From NCBI GenBank assembly GCA_053919585.1, contig CM132821.1: 64,000 nucleotides of DNA; one strand, 5' to 3'. The DNA comes from Euprymna scolopes. Its lineage: Eukaryota. Position 1 is the stretch's first letter, and the number at the start of each line of letters is the position of its first letter. Positions 1 to 11,020 of the stretch are shown here, piece by piece. The notes beneath the pieces were generated by a model. The model did no database searches. It was not told the DNA's origin and saw nothing but the letters and a program-made list of their open reading frames with translations. Made by a program: the position numbers and the translations under genes.

Positions 1-389
1 ACAGCGTGCAAATGTGTCTTTCCTCAGTGAAATCTCACCAGCTAAGAGGATAAAAGGTCTCAATGGCAATCATGTGACTCCTCTCTTCAGCCAAAGGTGA
101 CTTTTGACCTTTAAGACTCTTTCATTGAAAACATAGCTCCTAACAGATATTGCTGTTGGAATGAAACTAAAATGCTATGATCTGTTAGAAATGTGGGTTC
201 AAATCACAGAGAACTCTGTTTCTCTCGACTAAAAACAAAACTTGTTTTCAGATTGTACAGTTTCAGGATTTTAATGTGTTAGTGTATGGATCGATCAATT
301 TGACTTCACAGGGAAAGGGGAGCTCATATTAAACCTTGCAAGGATGATTGAGATTGTCGGACTGACTTCCTCATCTTGGTTGTTATAGT

Positions 390-431
390 CACAACGTTTC
401 GGCCGTTTTGCCCTCCGGCCTTCATCAGGTG
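390..431 (-). ncRNA. minimal type I hammerhead ribozyme, intact core
   Basis: Minus strand reads CAC CUGAUGA A GGCCG-GAGGGCAAAA-CGGCC GAAAC GUU^GUG: stem I CAC/GUG, perfect 5-bp stem II, palindromic ACGU stem III. Confidence 0.85.
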
Positions 432-670
432 TTTTGTATCAAACTGGGGAACCGTTTGTTAGGAGTCTCGAACCCAACCCTTTATTATTATTATGGGGGT
501 ACCGTGTTAGGACTCCAGCTAGGCTCTGGGACATAGTTGCTGATTCTCTGTTTTGAATGTTGCTTTTCACTGCCTTCGTTCAGGATTGAACTCAGCACCT
601 TTGGGTAACTGTAAACTTTGATACAACGTCTAGGACCACTTGGCCATCGGTTCCCCAGTTCGATACAAAA

Positions 671-712
671 CACCTGATGAAGGCCGGAGGGCAAAACGGC
701 CTAAACGTTGTG
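671..712 (+). ncRNA. hammerhead ribozyme copy with G12>U core mutation (probably inactive)
   Basis: CAC CTGATGA AGGCCG...CGGCC TAAAC GTT GTG; T at 702 replaces the catalytic G. Confidence 0.7.
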
Positions 713-938
713 ACTATAACAACCAAGATGAGGAAGTCGGTCCGACAATCTCAATCAATGAAAACACCTCATCTCAAAAATACAGACAATTACTACCCTT
801 GCAAGGATGATCTGTAAGTGTGGAACTTTGACTAAAAAGCTATCCCTGATTGGAGAAATGTTTTAATGAGGTTATAGAAACATCCAGTGTTTGAAAGAAG
901 ATATTAAAACAAGACTGATTTTTTTTTTTTTTTAATAA

Positions 939-1106
<168 letters not shown>

Positions 1107-1392
1107 TAAATATTACGTGTCTAGGAGAACTGGAAAAATTTTTAAATTATATAAACAGTGTTGGAAGCTTTATTTAATAAACTTCCAATATCGATTAATA
1201 ACAAAAGATTTACTTTTAAATTACAAGCTCTTTTTTTTTTTTTTTTTTTTTTGTTATGAAGCCACCAGTACGTCATGTTTTTTGCCATACCTTTAGATTT
1301 TTACTTCTATAATTGTGCATTCTGGTCAGTTTTTTTTTTTTTTTTTTTTTTAAGAAAAAATAAAACAGCTCTGTATCTTATATATATATATA

Positions 1393-2310
1393 CCGGGTGG
1401 AACGATGAAGTTGTCACCCTAAAGAAAGCAATACAATACTACAGCTTTATTTAAAAAATTTTTATTGAAAAAAATCAATTTGGGTAACTTGATTATGTAG
1501 TAGAGCTGACATCTATTCAATGTAGCCGCCTTCAGCCTGAATCACCACCATGATACAGGTTTGGAACTGGGGGCATGCCTTTTCCACAAGTGCTGGCGGA
1601 AGCTCAACGAATACTCAGCAAATGGCGGCAATCAGGCTGGCTTTGGTGTTGTGGGATGTCTTGTTGGTGATGTTTTCGATGTATGACCAAATGCAGTAGT
1701 CCAGTGAGTTCAGGTTGGGAAGAAGAGGTCCCAATGAGGGAAGAGTACAAAGTCGTAACACTCCTTTTGAAGCCAAGCCTGGGTTTTTTTGGACTTGTGG
1801 ACCGGCGCAGAGTCCTGCTGCCACACCCAGGATCTGCCAGTGTCACCTGATTGCACCAGGGGATCACCACACTCTTCAGCACATCCAGATACATTTTGGT
1901 GTTGACTTACATGCCGACTTTGAAGATGTGAAGTGGCATGATGTGATCCTCACTTGAAACCACACTAAGGACCATAATCATTGCCGGAAACTTTCATCAT
2001 CTGGGCATGTCCTTATTATTTGTGACAATCCAATGGTGCATTTTGAGGGTGCTGGCAATGGTCCTGTTGTTATAACTAGGATCGGTAGAAAGCAGGAGTT
2101 GTATATCGGCGCATTTCCGATCTTGCTCGTTGAACATTGTGTCATTTTCAGAATAGAATAGAAAGCTCCTATCGTTCTTGGGATTTGTACACAACTGGAC
2201 AACTAGTAGATGGTCTGCAACAAAAAAAAGAAGGAAACTGGGTTTTAATCAAACAAATGGAATCATGTCATCTTTACTAGGGTGACAATTTTATAGCCCC
2301 CCCCCCCCTA
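1393..2310 (-). mobile_element. maT-family (Tc1/mariner DD37D) internally deleted transposon, copy 1
   Basis: TA-CCGGGTG...GTCACCCT TIRs. The consensus of the four copies reads QQDSAPAH...PSSPDLNPLDY with 37 residues between the Asp residues. Frameshifted. Confidence 0.85.
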
Positions 2311-4114
2311 TATATGATGTCGAGATGTGTTGAAAAGAAAACAATAAAATGCTCAATTACAAATGCAAGAGCTAAAATACAAATTATTTATAAACTGCTA
2401 CAAGTTTTAATGTTTGCATATTTTAGACATACCATGGTTTCACTGATGTGGATTCACCGTTACTGTTTAAAAGATCATTAACTTCTATTCAGATCATCAA
2501 TGACTCATGAAATGAAAAATTGAAGAGTGGAGTTTAAAACCTGCTGGTAAATCTTCCAGTGAATTTGCTCAAGTGTCCCTTTTCGAGAAAGTACTGAGTC
2601 AATAAGGACGAACTGTATGCTTATAAGGATCCTAATTATAATTAAATATTATTTAGAAAAGTTTTAATCATACTTGATTGATCGAGAACAGAAAAGATAA
2701 AATATATCAGAAGAGATACTACACTTTGCTCCTAGCCATAAGGCCAAATAGGAACTATTTCAAGAAGGAAAACTTCAAAATCACAACCAAGTCTTGGAAC
2801 CATTCTTATCAATCTATTTGAAAAATATGGAAAACAATTTCTTTGAACGACATGGTTACTAATTGTTACAATATTTTTGAGGATATGATCACCAAAAGTT
2901 GGAAGGTTGTACTTATAGACACAGGCGGTAAAAACTGACCAATCAAATGGAGCCACGTTCTGCTAGCAACCAATCAGAAACCAGAATTTTTCCATAAAAA
3001 TATTGAATTATTTAGCATTTCCGCATATAATTTTTTCATATCAACACGAGAAAGATCTTTTGCTCTTTGTCTGCAAAATTTTAAAGTCCAAGCGTTATAC
3101 AAAACAGCGGTCCACGGAAAACTCATCTTCAAGACTTGTCGAAAATAGCTACCCATCGCAAATTCTTCTAAAATTGAACATGGCTTTCAATTCAAGACTA
3201 ATCTTTCATTAGAAGACTATCAATTATGAATGACTGTGGAAGAAAATAGGTAGAGAGAATCACATTAAGATTTTAACTTTGTGTCATTTCCCTGAACTGA
3301 TGACTTGATTTAATAAAAATACCATCTTAGGAACAACCGTACACAAAATTATTTATGCTGAATTTTTGGAGTGCGTGTAAATCATTATCTCATTTAGTTA
3401 TTTAGACTAATCTTTAATCATGGTATTCACCTTGAATTGGTTGAGCCGGCTCTTTCCAACAAATTCATCACATCTCAAACTGGCTGACCAGGCAAAGCAA
3501 TTCAAGGCTGCTTCTATAATGAGTGCAAACCATTCGCGGTTCCAATAGCAGATCCTGGAGGCCCAGAATCAGTTCAGTGTCTTGCTTCACCAGATTTTAA
3601 GTTGACCATTGCAGCGAATTGTACTGTTGGGGACAAACCTTTGATCATGAAATAAACCTGAAAAATCAGATGGGTGTCATGCAGAATTTCTATGAACGGA
3701 GTTTTTTTTCCAAAGCCTTCCCACCTATAGAACACATTGCTGCAGAACTGTTTCCCTGTTGGTCATTTTCAAATCCAACATCAATAAAATCTTAGGGGCT
3801 TCCCATTAGCAATCAAATGCAGTTTTTATACTATTGATCTAGTGTTCCTCACCATTCAGCTGATATTCATTCTCATGTCATTAACTCGTATCCTTGTGTA
3901 TCTCTTGGCCTTGATAATTGGTGATTTCAAAAGAAAATGTACAACTTACATTTCACCAATCCATGCTATTGGCATCTCTGGAAATAATTATCTCATTAGA
4001 GTGCCATTTTACGGGAATATCCCCCCCCCCCACATCCATTTAAATTCTTTGTATTTCTTTGCTTTTTCTTCTGAATTGATTTTTTTTTTTCTGATTCTCA
4101 ATTTCTTTGTTCAG

Positions 4115-4201
4115 TTTTATTCTAGAATGTTGGCAAAAAGATTAATTTATAACCTGTCAACATCGATGGACGCCGAGGAAGCAATGATAAACAAATTAAA
4201 G
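4115..4201 (+). CDS. CUL2: cullin-2 coding exon (FYSRMLAKRLIYNLSTSMDAEEAMINKLK)
   Basis: TTCAG acceptor, 87 nt, GTAAGT donor; cullin homology domain LAKRL motif. Confidence 0.96.
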
Positions 4202-4420
4202 GTAAGTTTCTTTCTCTTCTTTTTCATGCGTTGTTGGAACTTCCTGAAAAGATTAAACTTTGGCCTCATTTTAAAAAGATATTCAATAAAGGAAAAAAAA
4301 CTTTTAAGTAATGAACTGTTTCACACCCAATTATTCCTAAGAAAGAAAAAAAAAACACATTGTGCTTATTTAAATTATTGATGTTTTAAAACAACGCATT
4401 TTTTAATTTTTAATTTTTTA

Positions 4421-4945
4421 ATTTTTTTTTTTTTATTACATTTTTTTATTACATTTTCACCCCAAACAAGGCATATTGCCACTATGATGTAGGGGCTTAC
4501 TATCAGGGACATAAGCTACAGGGGTACCATACAGGGGGTTGGGCAGCAAGATGTTTGTTCGCATTACACTTGAACTTCTCCATGTCGGTACAGTTGGGGA
4601 AGAAGGGACTCTGAAGGGAGTCTAGCAGTTCTGGGGAAGAAACAACTGGAGTAGAAAGCTCTCTTACATCTAGGAATACTGTGTAGAGGTGGGATTTAGC
4701 TGCTTATCAGGTTTGTCGGAGGTATTTACGTCGAGGGGGGGTACAAGTGCTTGCAGTTCGTCAGAGCATTCACCATTAAAATACTTGAACAACAGAGGGA
4801 TGCAACATTTCATCGGTGACAGAGGCTGAAGTTTAGGTGACAGTTCAGGACCTATCGGGTTGGCAACTCTCTTTTGTATCCTGTCTGGTAGTGAGAGACT
4901 AGTAGCAAATGCACCAGCCCAAATGTGACAGCAATACTTCATACA
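4421..4945 (-). mobile_element. CR1/L2-group LINE 3' fragment
   Basis: MKYCCHIWAG...DRIQKR...KYFNGECSDEL RT C-terminus plus A-rich tail; homologous to 7172-7722. Confidence 0.8.
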
Positions 4946-4970
4946 TACATTTGGTAAAAACATTGTCATG

Positions 4971-5286
4971 TACTTACATGTCATAGCAAAATTAGTATAA
5001 ATTCCAAAAATTATAAAAAATGATCCAGTAGAAAATGTGATAGATATATTTTAAATAAAAAAAAAAATTAGCTACAATTAGGTTCTTTTTTAAAATGGCC
5101 AACCCCTAATTAAAATCAAGAGAGATAAATCAGTTTATCATACTGAATTAGTCGCACACACTTCTATAATAAAACAATAAAACTTCATAATTTGATAAAT
5201 TCTATTTTTACTTGTAATTTTTTTCTACTGAATCATTTTTCATAATTTTTTTGAATTTATACTAATTTCAATATGATATGTAAATA
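4971..5286. mobile_element. fold-back MITE (long imperfect TIRs)
   Basis: TACTTACATGTCATAGCAAAATTAGTATAAATTCC is inverted at 5250-5286. Confidence 0.6.
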
Positions 5287-5429
5287 TGTAATGTTTTCAC
5301 CTGAAATGCGTTAGTTTAAAAGATTACCAATGTAAACATTTATTACTCAGCAAATTTATATACTTTTTAGGCATAAACATGTAAAAAGACATTCTTGTTT
5401 TCACTTCCCATTTTTCCCTTGTGTCAGGT

Positions 5430-6000
5430 AGAATTTTCATCAACAGGTCTGTCACATAAAAAAACAAACAGCAAATATTTCCATGAACTTAACAATTGTG
5501 GAGCACATTAACCATGGGATTGCTTACGTGCAGACTATAATGTTACCATCTTCAAATAACAAATACTTGTCATAAACGCATAAGAAATCAAACGTCCATT
5601 CTGTAAGTTACTTCAAACCCTCATATTCTTCATTAAACGACAATTTATCTCATTAACCCTTATTCTTGATCTTAATAAAGAGTCACTCATTAATATTTAA
5701 AATAAAAATAAAAAAAATAAAATATTAAGACAATTTAAAAAAATATAACTGGAAAAACTTTGTTTTTCATCAGCAGCAGAACTTAACATCTGTGGAACAT
5801 GTTACCACAGTGACTGCTTCCTTGCAGACTACAACATGGACATTTTCAAATCCCTTGTCATAAATAATTCTCATAAGAAATCGTATTATACTAATTTTAC
5901 TGGTAATTCTCAATGCTTGACCATTAAACCAAAAATCTATCCATCTTATTCACCTGTATCCTTTTGTTGGCTCCTGGCCTTGATAAGAGATGAGTCAGTA
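5430..6000. repeat. diverged tandem duplication, unit about 300 bp
   Basis: The GAACTTAACA..TGTGGA.CA..TTA..CA...TGCAGACTA and CTT.ATAAGAG blocks occur twice. Confidence 0.55.
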
Positions 6001-6749
6001 AAAACAAAATAAAAACAAAATAAGCAACATTGAACAAAAAAAAAAAAAAACTAGTTTTTTTTTAAATTTTTTTTTTTAATACTTATATTGAACTTTACTT
6101 TTGTACAATGGTTTAGACCCAAGTTTCCCAAAGTGGGTAGTATTCCCTCCCCTGGAGGACGGGGCGGTGCTTTGATATGGGAGGGAGGCAGTTGGGAGGG
6201 GGACTAAAAAATACCCACCCCACCTCACACACGCATAGAAAATAGGCAAACATTTTTATGTTAAAGAATACACATATGAAAGTGTATGTAGATTATATAT
6301 ATTGTATGCATTCTGTAAGAATGCAACAATTATTTTTGAAAAACAAATTTTGTGTTTACTATTGTTTTCAATATAAAAAAAAAAACCTTTGTGATAATTA
6401 ATGGTTATTGTCAAGATCAAATAAAATGTTTACAAGCTGACAAAGTCGAGCTTGTGTACTATATGATTGTTTTTAAATGCATATTTTTGTTTATAATATT
6501 GTTGTTTTCACTTTGAAAAAAAAAAAAAAAAGCTTACATGTGTTTATGAGGTAGGAGGCACTAGTAATATGTTGTAGAAGTCAAGGAGGTGTCAACCTGA
6601 AAAAATTGGGGAACTCTCGGACAAAACCTTGGTTTTTCTCCTGTAGGAGCTGCAAGTGATTTTTTTTTCTTTTTTAAATTTATTCAGCTAGCTATTTGAG
6701 TGGTAGGCACATTTTTGAATAGCATGGTGAGGCTTTTTATGATATTTCT

Positions 6750-6784
<35 letters not shown>

Positions 6785-7171
6785 CTGATTAAAAATGTCT
6801 GAGTAATTGATTGCAAAAGGTTCACTTAGGTGCAACCTTCAGTTTGAGTATGTATGTAACTGTGGAGGACCCGGTGTGCAGTTTATATACCGGTTGCATA
6901 GCTGGATCCTCCTCTTTGTTGGCTGCGTATATGAACCGGTTACATGAATAGGCTGCATTTTCGATAAGTTGAATAGTTAGAGGTCGTTGTTACTAGGACA
7001 GCATAGTAAAGAAAACGATCAACATAAGTGCACGTGTTATGAGTACATTTAAGACATTGAAATGAAGCACGCTGAAACAGGATCATATATTTACATATAT
7101 ACAAGGAATATTTATTTACACAGAAAGGTTACGAACGTTACAGAGTGTTTGTGTGTTTATAAACTAGCAAG

Positions 7172-7722
7172 GATGGAATACTGTTGCCATATCTGGGCAG
7201 GAGCTGCTAAAAACAGCCTATCCTGCCTTGACAGAGTACAAAATAGACTTCGTGGCTTAATGGGGAATGCCCTTTTCTCTACCCTGCAACCTCTCTCCCA
7301 CAGAAGAGACGTTGCGAGCCTATCCTTGTTTTATCGTTATTTCCATGGCAGGTGCTCGTCTGAACTCCAATCTCCGGTCCCTCCTCGCCAATCTTTCACG
7401 AAAAACACTCGTCTAGCTGAATCCACTGTGAAAAATTTCCCCCACTCTATATCTGTGCCTAAATCAAAACGTGGATTCCATGAACAAAGCTTCTTTCTTA
7501 GAACTGCACGCCTGTGGAACTCTGTTCCGTCTGCCTGCTTTCCACCGGACTACAACTTGGATGTCTTCAAGTCCAACGTTAACAAATTCCTAATGAACCG
7601 CCTCCTTAAGTAAACACTTCATCAAATCTCCACACTAATGTAATGTACTTGCAATAACCCTTATCCTTGAGTGGCTTCTGGGCCTTGATAAGTGGTGATC
7701 ACTGTAAAAAAAAAAAAAAAAA
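7172..7722 (+). mobile_element. young 5'-truncated CR1/L2-group LINE insertion with intact RT C-terminal frame and poly(A)
   Basis: ORF 7062..7613 from MEYCCHIWAG onward; 3' UTR AACCCTTATCC...CCTTGATAAGTGGT followed by (A)17. Confidence 0.88.
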
Positions 7723-8303
7723 GCATGCATATAGATAAACGTTCGTGTGTATGCGTGCGTGAATGTATGCAAGAGTTCGTCAAAAAGCATACGTTGGAAG
7801 TTCATCGTGTGTGTAAGTATTTGTTTATACGAATTTCATACCTGTCTTGAGAAAAGATAAACGCCCTGTCGAGGCATGGACGTAATTTGCATGCCACTCG
7901 CATTTGAGTTTTTAATTGAAGGCAAACACGTTGTCAGCTCCATTTCTAAAGTGGAAAGAAAAAGAAGAGAGAGAGAACAGAAGGAGAAAATGGAGAGCGC
8001 CATCTGTTGGACAAAGTGAAGGTTACCACAGGGGCGATAACTGATGTGTTGGTTAAAAGGTGTATGCATGAATGTGTGTGTGGTTTGCTTAAATACATGT
8101 TACATTAAAAAGGCATGTTCCTATATATCTCACTGTTAAATACTACATCTTGTATTCAGTCTCAAGTGATAATTCCACGTTTTCTCTTTCTACTCTTACC
8201 TGCTATTACCAGATCAGGATGTCTGAAGATACTGGCTTCCTAACCTAAAATGCACAAAACATTGATTGTCAGTTTAAAATTAAACTTTGTTTTTTATTTG
8301 CAG

Positions 8304-8450
8304 CAAGCATGTGGCTATGAATTTACCAATAAATTACACCAAATGTTTACCGACATGAATATCAGCAGAGATTTAAACAAAAAGTTTGAGGATTTCTGTA
8401 GAAGTAAAACTTTGGAAATTGGTGTAGGATTTTCAATATTAGTCTTACAG
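8304..8450 (+). CDS. CUL2: cullin-2 coding exon (QACGYEFTNKLHQMFTDMNISRDLNKKFEDFCRSKTLEIGVGFSILVLQ)
   Basis: TTGCAG acceptor, 147 nt, GTGAGT donor; CGYEFT.KL..M..D cullin motif. Confidence 0.96.
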
Positions 8451-8464
8451 GTGAGTTTCACAAA

Positions 8465-8496
<32 letters not shown>

Positions 8497-8500
8497 ATTA

Positions 8501-9613
8501 TGAGGGATGTTCCAAAAGTAGTGCCTCCTATTTTTTTTATTCCACCTGAATGGATCAGACGGGATTGCAAATTGCATTGTTTATAATAGCTGAATTTATG
8601 CATTCATGACCTGAAAGTTTCAGCTCTCTGTTGCAGATATTGATGGTGTGAGACTCTAAGAAAGCAGTCCCTGTCATGGATACGTCATTGAATTGTTCCA
8701 TACAGAAAAAATGAAACTGATCAACATTCACCAGCATCGAGTGAACATTTATGAAGCCAAAGTAGTTGATGCGCACACAGGAAATAGGTTCATTAATTTT
8801 GCTTTTTCGTTTCACTTTAATGTCAGTCGAAGTTCTCAGAAATCAAGAAGCCCTTTGTTGTAGCTAACACTTGATCTCTATATGAGATACATCGACAATC
8901 GAATACTCCATTAAAGTTCTCATTTTCATCTCAAACTGAGAACGTCATTTTCCTTTCCCAAATTGACCATTTAAATATGTTATTTTATATCTTTCTTGTG
9001 GTCTCTTGGTCAAACCAGGTTCCAGGACAAGAATTAATCTAGTCTGGTGAAGTATCCAGCTTCGTGTTGTACTTGAGGTAACATAACCTAGGGAAGGTGG
9101 ACCATTCCCTGTAAAAAAATGTTGGTTAGTCATACTATATGATTTTTAATATTTAGTCAACGTTTATTTGTAGGGAGAATTATCTTCATGACAAGTTTTC
9201 TTGACATAACCCTAACCCTAACCCCTCACCAGAGACACCTTAGAAACTCAAGGATAGTGTCTTGTAGTCATTCAAGTTCTTTTTTTTTTTTTCATTTTTC
9301 TTAAACTTTTTCTTCTAGGGGGTCGGACATCCAACCAGATGTCTGACATTTACCCCTATTTTAGTGAGTCCAACCAAGCTCTGAGTGGCGACAGATGTGA
9401 GCAACAAAGCGCACTCTGAACCTTTATGGCAGTCATCGAAAGTGGCTGGCAATTATGACAGTTATGGTGACTATATAGAAAAATAAATTCTAGCGCACAA
9501 AATATCGCTGATTTTAACGATATCATTCCTGTCTTTGTAGCTCTTCAACATTTTAGGTTTTGAGTAAAAAAAAAAAAAAAAAAAAAATAGGCTTTACTTT
9601 TGGAACAACCCCG
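8501..9613. mobile_element. mariner-type non-autonomous element with nested inserts
   Basis: TA-TGAGGGATGTTCCAAAAGTA at left; TACTTTTGGAACAACCCCG at right. Confidence 0.6.
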
Positions 9614-9897
9614 TGTGTGTGTGTGTGTGTGTGTATTCATTCCAGGTACCACAAATAGTCAGTCCACAAGCATGATTTTTATTATTAATGTATAGGCAAA
9701 TTTTTATATTTACTTTTTCTATAAGCGGCTTACACATGTCATTATGCATATACCCTACCTAAAGCAAAATGATAAAAAATATTTAAAAAAAAAAAAAAAA
9801 AAAATCCATAATCACATAAAACTGATGCTAATCATATACTCATTTATTTTTCTATATATATTGTTACGTTCATTTTTATTTTTTGTTTTCTGACCAG

Positions 9898-9975
9898 GCT
9901 GGTGCATGGCCGATTCGACAAAGTGGATTCCCAACATTTGCTATCCCTCAAGAATTAGAAAAAAGTGTCCGAATG
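9898..9975 (+). CDS. CUL2: cullin-2 coding exon (AGAWPIRQSGFPTFAIPQELEKSVRM)
   Basis: ACCAG acceptor, 78 nt, GTAAGC donor; AGAWP and FAIPQELEKSV are typical of CUL2. Confidence 0.95.
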
Positions 9976-9994
9976 GTAAGCATAAAGTTTTAAG

Positions 9995-10137
9995 TGTTAG
10001 TTTTATCACTTCTATTTTTCTTAATCTTATAACTCCTACAACAAGCACAAATTTTGTTCCACATTATTGTTAGTTTTATCACTTCTATTTTTCTTAATCT
10101 TATAACTCCAACAACAAGCACAAATTTTGTTCCACGT
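9995..10137. repeat. tandem duplication of about 70 bp just after the exon donor
   Basis: GTTAGTTTTATCACTTCTATTTTTCTTAATCTTATAACTCC...TTTTGTTCCAC occurs twice. Confidence 0.8.
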
Positions 10138-10169
10138 TATTTTCTGAAAATAAAGTTCAGTAAAATTTT

Positions 10170-10482
10170 GACTTGCTGATGAACTCGTTAAACTTGTTCC
10201 CCTTGACGTACATATCTCTGACAAACCTGCTTAGCAACAAAATCACACCCCTTGACTGTTGAGATCCCTAAATGCCAGAAAGCTTTCTACTCTAATAGTT
10301 TCTTCCCTCAAACAGCTAGACTTTGAAATTCCCTTCCTGCTATCTGCTTCCCCGGCTGTACTGATATCCAGAAGTTTAAATATAACGTAAACCAACATCT
10401 TGTTAATCTTTCCTGGGCATGGTCCCAAATAGTAGCCCCTAAGTCCAAGTGGTGATAAGTCTTTGGAGTGAACATGAAAAAT
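10170..10482 (+). mobile_element. degenerate CR1/L2-group LINE 3' fragment
   Basis: AAAGCTTTCTACTCTAATAGTTTCTTCC...GCTAGACTTTG.AATTCCC is shared with the other copies. Confidence 0.65.
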
Positions 10483-11020
10483 ATTGGTCCATCAATCAGC
10501 TGTAATTACAATAGTGTATGTTTTCCTCATGCCTCTCTAAATATTTTTTTACTGTTAACCTTTTTCCTTCAAACTTTCACACTTAAGGGATCCTTTATAA
10601 TAAAATTAGTCTGAAGTGTTTTATTTTTTTTGGGGGGGGGGTCGCTGGTAAAGTTTCAGAAAAATATTTGTAAAAAATAAACTTTATATTTTTCTCAAAT
10701 TTAAGACGGGGGTAGAAAATTACAGGTGAAAATTTGAAAATATAATGTTCTCTTAAATGTGAAGAAATTTAAAAAAACAAAAAACAAAAACAAAATGTTT
10801 CAACTTGGGTTTGTCAGTTTAATTTTTGAAGCAGTGTTTTATTTGGTCTTTTCTGAAATAAAAGCAAGAAAAACAAAATGATGATGAAAAGTCAACAAAT
10901 TATTTAATTCTCCAAACACAGCAATTTAAAAAAAAAAAAAAAATTAAAATGAGGCTTAAATGTTTTGGCATATTTTTAGGTTTATATGCATAATTTAGGG
11001 TATCAAAACACACACACACA

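Larger units (their letters stand above)
349..796. mobile_element. Hammerhead/tRNA-head non-autonomous retroelement, copy A (inverted arms about 345-454 and 648-757; 15-bp TSD)
   Basis: About 110-bp inverted repeat with 3 mismatches. TSD CCTTGCAAGGATGAT at 334-348 and 797-811. Pol III box A (636-646) and box B (583-593) on the minus strand. Confidence 0.85.

Noticed and set aside
491-694. Small ORFs in hammerhead elements (also 28070-28258 and 62832-63176) as peptides
   Set aside because: The shared TPEEGRR..RPKRC-like translation just reflects the ribozyme sequence; starts and frames are not conserved between copies.
3842-4381. 179-aa ORF as a standalone gene
   Set aside because: Only 4115-4201 is the CUL2 exon; the rest is intron read-through. 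The same applies to ORFs 8250, 18195 and 22441.
6115-6620. hAT-like MITE
   Set aside because: The terminal similarity is weak and no 8-bp TSD could be confirmed.
9206-9226. Interstitial telomere (TAACCC)3
   Set aside because: It is too short and is embedded in transposon debris.
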